A stretch of DNA of 54,760 nt, counting the filler, from Sluysia triapertura (taxonomy: Eukaryota), in assembly GCA_046118255.1 (NCBI GenBank). It is 4 parts of 4 records of this genome, joined end to end, with 100 filler letters (N's around TTAATTAATTAA, not from the genome) between each part and the next. Parts side by side here need not be neighbours in the genome. Positions count along the whole stretch, not along the records: positions 10,975 to 25,827 come from JBJNIA010246984.1; positions 25,928 to 43,462 come from JBJNIA010187611.1; 2 more parts are not named here. One strand, 5' to 3'. Under the pieces are notes generated by a model. It had not been told where the DNA came from and did not search any database. It saw nothing but the letters and a program-made list of their open reading frames with translations. A program made the position numbers and the translations under genes. Positions 13,838 through 26,162 of this stretch are shown piece after piece; position 1 is the first letter of the stretch, and every line of letters starts with the position of its first letter.

Positions 13838-14210
13838 CCCTTTCAGCCCCGGGACCGCCATATGGCGAAAATGGCGATTTTTTCTCTTACACAACTGCTA
13901 TGCAAGATCCTACTAAAGTAACACGAAGAGCATAATCTTTATATCTGGAGGAAGCTAAAATTATTACATAATTAAAAAATACAAAATTGTAAATTTTGTA
14001 ATACATTAAGTAATTGTAACTCAAATTATAAAAACTGAAATAAAAGGATCTCTGGAAATAGTGGTCCAAATTATATAAGGTATTACATCAATGAAAACAC
14101 TACCAATTCGTTTGATTCTTCATTTAAAAGTTTATCTCATTGTCATGATTTCGTTTTAAAATTTTGGATCAAAATATCAACGAAACCAGCATTAATATAA
14201 ATCTAAAGGG
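13838..14210. mobile_element. Possible piggyBac-type MITE
   Basis: TTAA-CCCTTTCAGCCCC left end; candidate right end AAAGGG-TTGA; only a 6-bp TIR match. Confidence 0.35.
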
Positions 14211-16057
14211 TTGAATGTTTATATTGTGTTGTGTTTGTTTTAATATTGCACTATTGATGAAAGTTTTGAAAGTTTTGAAAGTTTTTTACAAAGGCAGAAA
14301 AGAATTTAAAGTTATTACACTTGTTAAAAAATTTGTAAATTTCCAAGCAGGTTTTAATAAATATTAAAAAGATTTCAAAGCATTAAGGTTTCAATACGAT
14401 TACAATGCAAATAAGAAAACGCATGGATTGTTTGCTTTTAGGATTATTAGTTCCAGCCCTCTGATAAATAATGATTCGCATTCAAAGTCGCTCGAGAAAA
14501 TTAAGTTTGGCAGGAAATCTAAGGCCTGTCATCTCATATAAATTTCGGTCGAAAACTATTTCTAATGCGTGTTTGTTTCTATTTTAACTTCTGCAATGCG
14601 GCAGAATTCAGTATGATAATGTATGATAATCGAAACTGGTGCGATTTGTTACCTCAATCAGCACGAAATCAGTTTCAGTTTTCCGTATTTACGGTCATCT
14701 TATCTCATTGTGATTATATATATTTAGTTAGACAATTTAGAGATGTAAATATGAAATTAGGCTTTATTCATCATGGTTTATTGTGGTTGAATGAATACAT
14801 AGGACTTTTATTTTATTTTTTCTTTGAATTTTTGCTTTTTCTAAATTATAAAAGTAATTTTCAAATCAGTGTCTTAAGCACTGTAATAAAGTAAATAATT
14901 TGAATAAATTAGAAAGATCCATAAATTGTTAATTGTTGATTTAATAAGACCTCACGGTCGTTTGTTACTTAAATTAAACTCAGCAACAAGAATAATTTAC
15001 GCATAATTACTTAAATTTAATCTTAATACCACCAAGTTATTCTTATTATTCATCCGAATATATATTGTTTTCTGTAGCATTTTCTTTTTCGCTATATACG
15101 GTCGCATTTCTTATTTCTATATCCAATAACAATTTCATACGTTTAGTCCTTTTACAAAAAATTGTGATTTTGTTAAATTTTCGTACTTGTAAAGTCAATA
15201 CTTAGTTATAAATTCTTATAAAATGCTGTACAAATTGCTTAGTTCACTCACGAAACACAGCTAATCTATAAGTTACATATATTAACACAAGTATTATGCA
15301 ACATAGCGTAGAATAAATTCATATCTCAAGTACGAAACTTTAAGTTTAGGCTCACTGAAACAATTACTATAAGAATAAAAAAACAGTAACCAATAATAAT
15401 ACATATATTAGTGATTAAATAATAAAAGTGTAATAAAATGCATTTGTACTTAAAATTAAAGTTAATATTTTTGAACAAATTTAAAATATTAATATTATAT
15501 ATTGATTTTATAAATAAATAAATCAATGTTTATTAAAAAAGGGAAGGCTGTCAAAATTTTAATTCAAAAATGTTACAATCTGAATAACTTTACATAAAAT
15601 TAAAATTGATATTCAGCAATGTTATTAAAAATTACAGTTTCTATTTAATATTTTATTCACGTTTAAACTTAAAGCAAGAATTTTAAATAAAAAATTTATA
15701 AAAAAAAGAAATTTTGTCAGTTCGCATTGAAATAGAGTTCAAATTATTTAAATTTATTTCAATATTTTTAATTATATATCTTATCTTTGTCTACATCATT
15801 ATATATTTTAGTAATTTAAAAATGACTCATCTGTATTTTGCCATTATTTATTTACGATCGAAACGATTACCAAAGCATAATTGATACAAATAATAGTAAT
15901 AATATGATTTTATATAAATTCATATTTACATGTTCAAAATTGATTATTTGATTATCTTAATTTTAACTGACAAGATTGGTTTATCTCAACATTCTAAATT
16001 TTATTCTTATTACAGAATTATTAAATATTTTCCCTTTATCGAGAGTACTTTTTACTT

Positions 16058-16385
16058 TTCGTCTTTTAATCCCAATGAATCATAAAAGAATTTAGGTGCA
16101 ATTACAGAACCTGTAATTGGCATTCCTTCTGCTCGTTTTTGATTAAACCATTTAAGTATAGCTGTATCTAAAACTTCTTATGACATTTTCATACTTTTCC
16201 GAGTTGAAGGACCTGCATTACTATCACAATCTCTAGGAAACTCCAACTTTCTGTTTTGCTTAATTATATCAGGAACTGTTGAACACAAACTACGTATTCT
16301 TCCGAAAGTTTCGATGTGAATTTACCCTTTTTCACTCATTTCAATTAACTGAAGTTTTTGTTTCACAGTCAGTAAAATACATTAT
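16058..16385 (-). mobile_element. Tigger/pogo (CENP-B/Jerky-like) transposase remnant, N-terminal HTH domains
   Basis: Reads LTVKQKLQLIEMSEKG* ... TVPDIIKQ ... GPSTRKSMKMS*EVLDTAILKWFNQKRAEGMPITGSVI ... FYDSLGL, typical psq-HTH plus CENP-B HTH; stops and frameshifts. Confidence 0.85.
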
Positions 16386-18136
16386 CTAAACGATAACTAG
16401 TACATAGAGAAAACTGGTTATACAGCAAGTATAAGATCTATTACATATAAACCATTACCGAATTAAATTAGTTAGAAAATGTAATATTGATTCGTGAGAA
16501 GCTTATTCGAGAGAAGATTTTGTACGATAAAAACGGAATAGTTATTGATCATAAATTCATAAATATATAAACATTAGAATTTTATAGATTATGTAAATAT
16601 TATATCCATATTATTTATGTTCATATATTAGTAAAAAAGTTATATTATTTATTTATGTTCATTTATTAGTAAAAATTATATTATTATCTGTAAATATTAT
16701 TTTTATATTATTTGTAAATATTAAAGAGTTTTACAATTAATAGTTAATTAATAATTGATGTTTAAAGGTTAATTGATAATTAATGTTTATCAAAATATCA
16801 ATGTTTATCTAAAACTTTACTAATTTCCGCTGAATTTAAACAATAATCTTACAAATATTCAAAATTTTATAAATAAAACTTTGTAATTTTACAATTGATT
16901 GACAAATATTAGTCATCAACTGGTAAACAAGAGTAGGTTTATAAAAAGGTATTAAACAAAATTCTAATGGCACAATTTAATTATTAGTTTAGTCGAGAGT
17001 AATCTTTTATTTTGGTTTTTCGCCATTTAAAAAATACGATCCGTTGATATGTGGAAAGTTCGAAACTTGTTTGACAAGGACTACCAAGGAATCTACGACA
17101 ATCGATTATGAGAGGACATATATATCTCTAATTATTGAAAAAATACATTTGAGTAAGCTTATTCTTATTAAGTTTTAGACATAGTTATATTGTCTTAATA
17201 TCCTACTCAAAATCATGTATTTGTTACACCCAAAGATTATCTCTGGATTAAATTAATTTTAAAATTATTCTTTATATTATATAAAATATTTTGTTTACAT
17301 TATATACATATTATTTGTTAATATTGTTTTTATGTTTTTCTTTTTAATAAATTCATCTGTATTTGCTATAAAGACTTGTTTTGTTATTTAGAGTTAATAA
17401 AAGGGGTTTACAATATAAAGTAAAGTTAGAAAGTTTCGTAAAACTTAATATAAAATTAAAATCAATTTTGAAGATTAAGAGATTAAACGAATTGAGATTC
17501 TTAGAGCATTTACATGATAATTTCATAGAATAAAATTCGATAGCATTTGACATAGTGACCCTCCGCATTAAATTTTCTTTTAAAAAATCTTACGTACGCG
17601 TCCTTATTAACAATAAATGAAATAAGGATTTATAAAATCTAGTAATTATAACAAAATTGAAATAAAGTCAGAAACCCTGTATTATACAATTTATGATTCT
17701 GAATATAAATTTTGGTAAGACAACGATTCAATTTTGAGTAAACAGTTTCTGAAAAATAAAGAAAATTTCAATTTATTGCAGTATTTTCATTTAAATTTTC
17801 CATGCACTTATCGGTAAGTTATTTAAGTTATTTTGTTAGGATGTCATCACGACCCTCTAAAGTCATACATAAAGCTTTAAAACTATTTATAAATCTCTAA
17901 AAACACTTTAAAAATATTTACTTTCCGAAAAAGAAAATAAATTTTCTAAAAAAGAAAATTCGCTTCTACATATAGAATAGAAGCTTCTAGAACATTCCAT
18001 CGATTCTCATTGGCTAATAACTAGTATGTAAACTTGTATTAGTTTAATAAGAATCGCCATTTTGAAAACATAATTCAAATTATTAGTAAGTTTTTAGCAG
18101 CCATCTTGTCAAGTGCTTCACGCAGTCAATTTTTTA

Positions 18137-18345
18137 CACTAGAAGGGCCAGAATTTTTAATACCTAGAAGGCCCACGTGCGTCAATCGATGCAAATGCTT
18201 GCAATTGGCTGAAACTTTCAGAATTGTGTTGGAATTAAGATTATGACATCATCGTAATTTTTTCATAATTTTCCCATGTAAACTCCGGTGATGGCATTAC
18301 TCAAATATAACATTTGTGTCATTGACGCACTTGGTCCTTATAGTG
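18137..18345. mobile_element. piggyBac-type MITE
   Basis: TIRs CACTAGAAGGGCCA / TGGTCCTTATAGTG (12/14), flanks TTTA / TTAA; subterminal inverted GTGCGTCAAT / ATTGACGCAC. Confidence 0.75.
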
Positions 18346-18595
18346 TTAAAAATTTGGAATTTTTAGTTAATTAGTATTTAATCAATATTTTAATCAATAT
18401 TTTAATATACTTACTGTTGGTCAATTTTCTTATTGTGTTAGATAAAATTTAATTAGGACCTTTTAGAAGTTTCTAAGTTAGAAACTTATTAAACGTGTTT
18501 TTTCGATTAAATATAGTGAGATTATTAACTTTAAGATTACAGGAACGCCAACTATACGTTGTGTGAGAGAATGTGCAGAATAAAGATTAAAAAGC

Positions 18596-18646
18596 GTGAG
18601 TTCACCAACGTACTGGACTTACCAGCTTGGGCCAGCCGTTGGATTT
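18596..18646 (-). ncRNA. Conserved structured motif, copy C
   Basis: Reverse complement AAATCCAACGGCTGGCCCAAGCTGGTAAGTCCAGTACGTTGGTGAACTCAC; inner stem CTGG/CCAG is a compensatory variant of CTAG/CTAG. Confidence 0.5.
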
Positions 18647-19473
18647 ATGAAGTGAAAGTATAAGAGGTTTAACAAAATTCAGAAATTTTAATGTTATGTT
18701 AGATATTTGGAGGTATTTGTACTCGTTTACGAAATTTGTTTAATAGTTTAAATGAAAATTTTTGAGGATCCTTTGAAATAGTATCAAGAATAATTAATTT
18801 ACGATGTTAGATTTATACTCTAACAAAATCTATTACTGTAAAAATTACTGTAAATCAAAAAACAATAAATTTAACTTAAAGGTATATTAATCTCAAAAAT
18901 TTTAGATGTGGGAAACAAATTATAAAATAACAATATTTATATTACATTAGAATTAATCAATTCTCATAAGTCGTATACTGTAACCGCACCTTGCTAAAAT
19001 TTATTTTTGCTGTAGGTTAGAGTTAGAAATAACGGACGATTATCCTCAAATAAGGTTACTCTAATTTAGCATCTAGATTTCTGCTGAATATCGTTAGACG
19101 AAATGCAATTCGGGGTTTACAGTCCCAATAATTTTATAGTTGTGAAATAAGAAACTAAATCAGTAAATCACTTACCAAGTAAACTTTTAATCATATTTAT
19201 TTCTATAATCTATAATTAACAAGCATCACCAAATCCACATACTCTCATTTCCGATGGTCTTTACTCAAACTAAATCTTCTAAAAATATTTAATTTGACTA
19301 ATTAACTTAACATTATATGTTACTTTATATTATTCAATAAACACATATCATTTTAAAATAACATTTTATAACATTGCACACGTTTATAAGTGAAAATTAA
19401 TGTTTTCACGTTAAGAATCATTTTTAACTTTTTATAACAAAATAAAATTAAAAGAACATAAAAGATAAAAAAT

Positions 19474-20875
19474 TTAATTATTACAACTAAATAAAAATTT
19501 AAGAATGTCAAATGTCATTTTGTGGCTATGCCACACACCAAAAATGCCAATTTTACTAAGTAGATAAAAAAATACTGATAAATTAAAATCAATTAAATAG
19601 TAAGTAAAATTTACATTTATATAGTCTGATCTCTCGAATTGATGAGCTTTAATGTTCTCGAGCATACAGCATTGCTTCACATAAAATTCGTAGGATGGAA
19701 ACTTGTCTGAGCTTGACTGTATCTTTTCAATTACATGAAATACGAAGGCAGACACAGAAATTGATCTAACATGTCTTGCAGTTGGACAAATTCCATAATG
19801 ATAAGGATCTACATCTTTTAAAACGTTGAGGTTGGCGACCAAAATGATACTTCAATGGACAATTCAAAAGTAAGCTTAGCTTGTGTATCATAATGTTTGA
19901 TAGAATTTCTGTTTTGTTCTCGTTTTTATGAGCATTCTCGGATCTGAGCATGATGTTGAAATCACTATAACACTCATTTTACTTATACTGGATTCATAAT
20001 TCCATGCATCAGAATCATCACTAACAAAGGCTAAAACTTTAAATATATACGTATTATCCACATCATGCATTAATGTTTCACATATTATTTTAAAAATGAT
20101 TATGTCTTCCGTATTATATGACATAGTCCAAACATCAAGTTTCAACTGTGTTGGGAAATTATTTTTAACCGAGATATCAACAAGTTTTAAATCATTAAAT
20201 AGAAACTGATAATCATTTTCAACATCACCATAACATGTTGCTGGATGGAATTTCATTCGTTTAAACATCTTTTTATTTCTGTTATATATTTTATTACTTG
20301 ATTTCAGTAGTATTTGTAAAACTCTTTGGATCTCTTCTTCTAATTTATAACACATCATTTAATCTATCTCCTCAATTACCAAATTTCGTATAGAATAAAA
20401 AGTTTCTTTAATTTGATTTGTATGATAAAGAATCATTGAAATTCGACCAGGGGATGCTACTAAAATGTGCACATCTTAAATAGTAAGTTCCGTTAATTGA
20501 TCGGTCATATCTATATCTCTAGTTGAATGAATTACTTTTAGATTTAATCCTTTATTCATTCTTATTAGTTGAACATAATTTTGCACTACTAACGGAACGG
20601 TGGGAATCAAAATAGTTACATAAATTAATGATCGATTGTTGATCAGACATTGTTGGACAAAAGGAATACAGTAAGGAAAATTTTTTCGCCACCGGTTTGG
20701 GATAAACGAATATGATCTTTACGTTTCAATAATAATGGCATGACATGTTGTTGGGCATGAGCCGGTTTTAACCATTTTAATTTAGAAATATAGTCCAAGA
20801 TTTCTGATATTTTAACTGCCTTTGTTATAATGGTGGATTAGACTTTTATCAGTGCTATAAAAATTTTTAAACTAT
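19474..20875 (-). pseudogene. DEAD-box RNA helicase N-terminal domain (degenerate) joined to an unrecognised C-terminal region
   Basis: In order on the minus strand: KNFY; Q-motif WLKPAHAQQHVMPLLLKRKD; motif I SQTGGEK; YCIP; Ia ILIPTVPLVVQ; Ib HILVASPGR; II LVIEEID*MM..KLEEEIQRVL. Continues into ORFs 19888-20358 and 19474-19842 with no motifs III-VI seen. Confidence 0.8.
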
Positions 20876-21199
20876 GACGATTTTTAATTATTTTCTGTTT
20901 TAGAAATTCAAATTCTGTTTTTTGATAAATTCTTTCTTTAAAGATTATTTTTAATTTTTTAACTTTTTGCCAAAAATATTAATTGTTATCTTATGTTCAA
21001 TTATAATCTTTATATTTTTGTACGTCGTGTATCAATGCACTGTGTGTCTCACTATAAAAATTTTGTTCTCGTCTATAAATAGCACAAGGACGTACTGTGA
21101 CTGCTATTTTTCATCACCATGCTGATTGTGTGACACTTACATATGACGAAGTACAAAAGCAATGAGGCTAATTGGATGAGTAGCAATATAAAAATAGGA

Positions 21200-21361
21200 T
21201 TGACTGTTTGCGATTAAAAGAATAATGACGCTGATTGGATGTCCAATCAGGTCCGAATTAATGCATGGTTTAACTTTGATGTTTTTCGTGTTCATTGGAA
21301 AGATGTATAAATGTCATCAATTGAAGTAAATATTTAATTAAAACCGTCAATTGTTGGCAGT
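21200..21361 (-). promoter_or_regulatory. Degenerate palindrome + CCAAT promoter module upstream of the DEAD-box pseudogene
   Basis: ACCGTCA-N5-TGGCAGT at 21343-21361; CTGATTGGATGTCCAATCAG inverted CCAAT pair at ~21231-21250. Confidence 0.4.
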
Positions 21362-21402
21362 TACGTTATAAATTACATGAAATTAAAATTAAATAGGAAT
21401 AA

Positions 21403-21442
<40 letters not shown>

Positions 21443-21499
21443 GATTAGTTCAAAAACATAAATCTCTTTCTCAACATAATTAAATTTCTTTGTTTACTA

Positions 21500-22206
21500 T
21501 AATTGTTAAATGTTAAAAGATTGTAGGCTTGCTGTGATTTGGATTGAATTTAAGATGTAAATTTGATAGTTTGAGACGTGCTTGTGATTAAATAATGTCA
21601 TTAAATAATGCGTAAAAATGTTTTAGTTGAGTTTTAAAATGTGAATTGACGGTTTTAACTCAAGGTAAAGTTTGAATGTCAAAAACTTGTGAATTACAAT
21701 GTTTTGAGATATGAAAAATGATTTTAGTGAATCTGAAAAAATAAAATATAGCAACGGTTTTGACATATTCTAAAAGGTAGTTAACAAATGTACTTATGAT
21801 TATACCGTTATGTAATTATGAATAAAATATTTTAATAACTTTTTAATTTATGTTATAAATTCTGAAAGTGACTGTAATTTTAATATTATGAAGTATGAAA
21901 TAGAGATGTTTTGAGAAGGTTATGATAAAGTTTTAGTGAAAGTAGAAAAAATAAAATGTAAAAAGGTTTAGCTATAGGAATGGTTAAAATGTTATTGAGT
22001 GTAGTTTTATGTAAAGTGTGTTTTATAAATTTTGCAGTATTTTGGATAAACTTTTTTTGTAAATTGTTGATGATTTTGGTATTAAATTTGAATTTAATGT
22101 TACGTAATTTTACGTTTGGAATGTTTGAAAATATTATGAATTATGAAATGTTTTGAAGGGTATGTATTATATTATAAAATTTCAAATTATTGAGTCGGTC
22201 ACCACA
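21500..22206 (-). mobile_element. LTR-like terminal block starting TGTGGTGACC on the minus strand
   Basis: Terminus GGTCACCACA (22206) resembles GGCCACTACA (11092), GGTCACTACA (35480), GACACCACA (45636); body similar to 5380-5640 (CAGATTCA.TAAAAT...AAAACATT..AATTCACAA). Confidence 0.45.
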
Positions 22207-22664
22207 ATTAAAATAGTAATTCAAATTCAAATATAATAGTGTTGTAAATGGAATTTCTTTTAACATCTTTAACTACCTTTTTACTTTCTTTTAATTCTCT
22301 TTCACAATCTTCATGACATTTTTATTTTACCTTTCAAATGAGAAGAGATTTGTAAAGTAACCAAAACATTCACAGAAATGTAATAATTGAAAGAGAATTA
22401 AGTTTTAAAGAAATACGTTTTAAAGTTACTAAATTCTAAGAAAAGACAATAAGAATTAAAAGAATATTTAAAAAGAACACGTTTTCAAAGTATTTATGGT
22501 TTTATTATTCTTATTTTGTTGTTATTTATTTTATTAATTAATTATTATTATTACTTTTATCCAATTTTTTTATAATTATTAATAGCATTATTATTATCAT
22601 TATTTTAATTATTATTTCAATTTCGTTACTGCCTACCTGCTTTAGTATAAAAATTTGATTTGTA

Positions 22665-22745
22665 ACTGTCACCATTGACAGTTCTTTTTGATTTAATTTA
22701 ACACTAATAATTTAATCCAACAACTTCATTGGCCAACCAATCATA
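22665..22745 (+). promoter_or_regulatory. Palindrome + CCAAT promoter module
   Basis: ACTGTCA-CCAT-TGACAGT then CATTGGCCAACCAATCA; upstream 22247-22277 matches 5648-5677 (AATGGAATT.CTTTTAACATC.TTAACTAC). Confidence 0.55.
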
Positions 22746-23211
22746 TTTAAGTGTATGTCTCAATTCAATTAGTTTAGCCTCAATACAGTTTGAACATTCT
22801 CAATTGTTTTAGAGTACACAGTATAATTTTAAAAAATTATACAATCATTTTAGTCAAAAATTTTATTAAAAGTATTTGTTATTGTCAAATTCAAAGTTCT
22901 GAGAAAATTTATGACAATTTTGATATCTTAAAGTTTATTGTTACAAATATTAGCTTTTTGAGATTTTTGGAATTTTTCTAAAGAAAATGAAGGTGATAAT
23001 GAATCAAGACAGCTTTCCAAAAGATCATATCGAAAATATATCAATTTAGACGCTAATCAAGACATGAATTATATAAAATTTGATATCATTTATAATATAA
23101 ACGAATATCATCCTAATTCGCAATTCGATTTAGTTAGTCCATTTGATCGAATCAATCAATTTTACGTTTTATTCCTGAAGAATTAACAACTATATCGAAT
23201 TCTATTATTAG

Positions 23212-24700
23212 TGTAAACATGATAATGATAAACTTTATTTGTATGTATTTGAAAATAGAAGAACTATGACTCTATGATTAATATTATACATTAGTGATTT
23301 ATTTATTTTTAGTTAATTTGTATTTCATATTTGTAAGTTATTTTTATTGATTTTTAATCCATATTTCAATTAATTAAATTATTTGGAGTAATATCATAAA
23401 ACCTTGGATTTTTAATTGAATTATTTGCGTAAGTGATTTTTAAATTATTAATTAAATATAAATTTTAATATTTTTTAAATTAATATTTTAAAGTAATATT
23501 TTAAATTAATATTTTAATCTGGCCAAGGCCAGCTAAGTCGACTATAAATAGTCACAAGATTTACCAAGCATCACACAGTTTTTAATACAGGTTTATGAAA
23601 ACAAATTTTGTAAATTTGTACGAAGTGGTCAAGAAGATTTCAATTCGATTTCTGCTAAATCTGCTTGATAAATCTTGGTTTAATAATAATACGTTAGTTT
23701 ATTGTATTAAGTTACGGATATATAACACATTCATGTAAAATCTACATAAATTTATTTTGTAAGTATTTTTAAAAGATCTTATAATAGATCTTGCGCAAAA
23801 TCCTCATTAAAGTATTGTCGTTTTTAGGAATTAAATTGATTAAATTAATTCCTCGCAAATTAGTTATTGTATCACTTTAATATTTCCATTTGTAATTTCG
23901 TTTACCCATTATTTAATAAATTTTTTCTTTTAAGTAATTATTTTTTGTTAAATTTCATAGTTTCTATTATAAAATATTCAGTAAATTAAAGATTTCAACT
24001 ATTAGAATTTAACTCTAATCACATAAAATCATTTTTACAGATCCTTTTCATAGGATCTTCGTAAAATACTTTATAAATTATTTCTATTTCCACAGTTAAA
24101 TAATTGCCTTAATTATTCAGAAACTTAATATTAGAAATAAGTTATATTGATATTATACCTCCAGGACTTAGCCTAAATTACTAAATTTGAAAATTAACAG
24201 TAAAGTTGTTAAGCTAAGAATATTAAAACCATGCACGTTCTAGAAAATCATTCTAAACTTTACTTCAAAAATCTATTACCTACAAATCCAACGGCTAGCC
24301 CTAACCGGTAAGCCTAGTACGTTGGTGGACTCACGTTAAAATCCTAATTTATTCTAAGAATTGTCACAATATTATACTATTCTAAATCATGACTTTAAGA
24401 TAAGTCCAATCGGATTTAATGTTCTTAAAATTTGATTTCGTATCACTATTATTATTAAAATGATTGTCGACTATAGCAATAAGGTTTGATCTTTATAAAT
24501 TTTGAAACATTATTATTAGAAATATTTCATGTTTTCCCTGTTATCATTTTTGCAGTTTTAAGAGTATATAAATAAATGAAGGAAGATGTTATCGGTTATC
24601 AGTTGTCAAATTATAATTTTTTCAAGTTATTAAATTAGCATTGGACCTTATGTCCTTAATCAATAACAACTTTACTAAACATGCAATATCAAACATTGGC
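23212..24700 (+). mobile_element. Long LTR/leader-like block upstream of the envelope glycoprotein
   Basis: Shares GATCC-loop-GGATC..CGTAAAAT hairpins and the conserved 51-nt motif (24284-24334) with ~1600-3150 and ~18590-18790 (-); boundaries uncertain. Confidence 0.45.
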
Positions 24701-24758
24701 CAGCCATTTCAACCCAAAATAATATTGTAAATGAAATTGTCCATAATTTGGAACTTCA

Positions 24759-25827
24759 ATAAATAATTTGTTATTCATAATTGTTTTGTTGGCATTATTT
24801 GGAATTCAAAACTAAAAGTTTTTGATTGTAGCCAACCTCAAATTGGAAGAAAGTTCTCTTTATTGGATACGGAAGACTGTCCGGAATCAAGACCAAATAG
24901 AGTCAAAATAAAAGATATGAAAATATTAAATGTGTACCAAGAAGGAAATCTGGTTACGACTTTAGTTAGAGAATGTTTAGTTAAAAGATCAGTAGTAATA
25001 TGGTATTGTGGACATCACAGTCACTCTTCAATTATTGACATATCTAATATATTAAAACCTTTCAAAATTTCGCCTAATAATTGTCGTGATTCATTCGAAA
25101 CTGGATACATAAGCTTAAACAAAGGAGATAAATTAAGAATTAAAAATAATGAGAAAATAATTTGTAATATTAGAACAGCTAGTAACGTATTAATTGACAG
25201 TACTTGTGAAAGAGGATCAATAGAATATGAAGGGAAAATTTATCATAATGTTGTAGCTCAAAAAACATACTTGGTAAGTTTGAAATCTTTTAATGAAAGT
25301 TTCAATTTAGAAAAAGGCACTATGATGTCCAGACCTTTTTGCAGAAGCGACCAAACAAGTTGTGACACTGGCTAATCTATATTAATAAACGAATTAGAAA
25401 AATACCAGTGTCCATTAATATTCTTAAAATAAATTAAGTTTAATTTAATTTCAAGATTTATGTATCAAAATGACGATGAGTTAGCAGTAGAAGAAATATA
25501 TAAAAAACAAATTTATAAGGATAGTTTAGATAAACCTGAAAGAAAAAGACTTCATGAAATTGAAACTCCGACAATTTTGATGGCAAATAAAGAAGAAGAT
25601 GGATTATTATTTGTTTCAAAGAAATTAGTAATTAGATGTGGACAAAAAATGACGGAAACTAACTACCAAGGAATATATTTATCAGAAAAGACGATAATTC
25701 AGGCAAAAAAAGGAATAGACACAAAGAATCTACAATTAAACACATACTTCAATAACAAAATTGACTTTTATTATCACTTAGGACTTATGTCATTAGAAAA
25801 AGTTTATCAAGCCATGATAGCTAGAGA
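24759..25827 (+). pseudogene. Chuvirus (Jingchuvirales)-type class III envelope glycoprotein, endogenous and disabled; cut by contig end
   Basis: Signal peptide LLFIIVLLALFGIQ, then a frameshift to LKVFDCSQPQIGRKFSLLDTEDCP...VYQ...VRECLVKRSVVIWYCGHHSHSSI...CRDSFETG...TCERG...HNVV; matches the YDC..SLLD..C and CG(M/H)HSH(T/S)S signatures. ORFs 24863-25375 and 25460-25879 are one frame split by two TAA stops. Confidence 0.8.
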
Positions 25828-26162
25828 NNNNNNNNNNNNNNNNNNNNNNNNNNNNNNNNNNNNNNNNNNNNTTAATTAATTAANNNNNNNNNNNNNNNNN
25901 NNNNNNNNNNNNNNNNNNNNNNNNNNNTTATTGATAATAAATTATATTACGATTTTTTGTTTAATAGTACATCATTGTCTTAGTTTTGATTTGATTTTCA
26001 AGAAGTTAAATTTGGCATGATAGTTATTAATATTATCAAAGAAGATTACGACAAAACTAAATTTGATATATTAACTACTGAAATTATTAAGACTATTTTA
26101 AGCTAAACGAGATAAGATTGAGTTCTAATAAATAATAAGTATTAAAGACGCAACATTATTAT

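Larger units (their letters stand above)
17834..19038. mobile_element. LTR of TGTTAGG family with nested insertions
   Basis: Starts TGTTAGGATGTCATCAC; GCTTCTAGAACATTCCATCGATT..CATTGGCT shared with 11155; 3' motifs CATAAGTCGTATAC and GTAGGTTAGAGTTAG shared with the 4361/11155 copies. Right end approximate. Confidence 0.6.

Noticed and set aside
17834-22206. One 4.4-kb TG..CA element enclosing the DEAD chimera
   Set aside because: The two ends belong to different repeat types, the TSD is imperfect (ATTT/ATTA), and the TGTTAGG unit is a self-contained solo LTR at 11155.
24863-25827. Alternative genetic code or stop readthrough explaining in-frame stops
   Set aside because: All three stop types and frameshifts occur across the decayed genes, while the Trio exon and TAL ORF are clean; ordinary pseudogenisation is enough.
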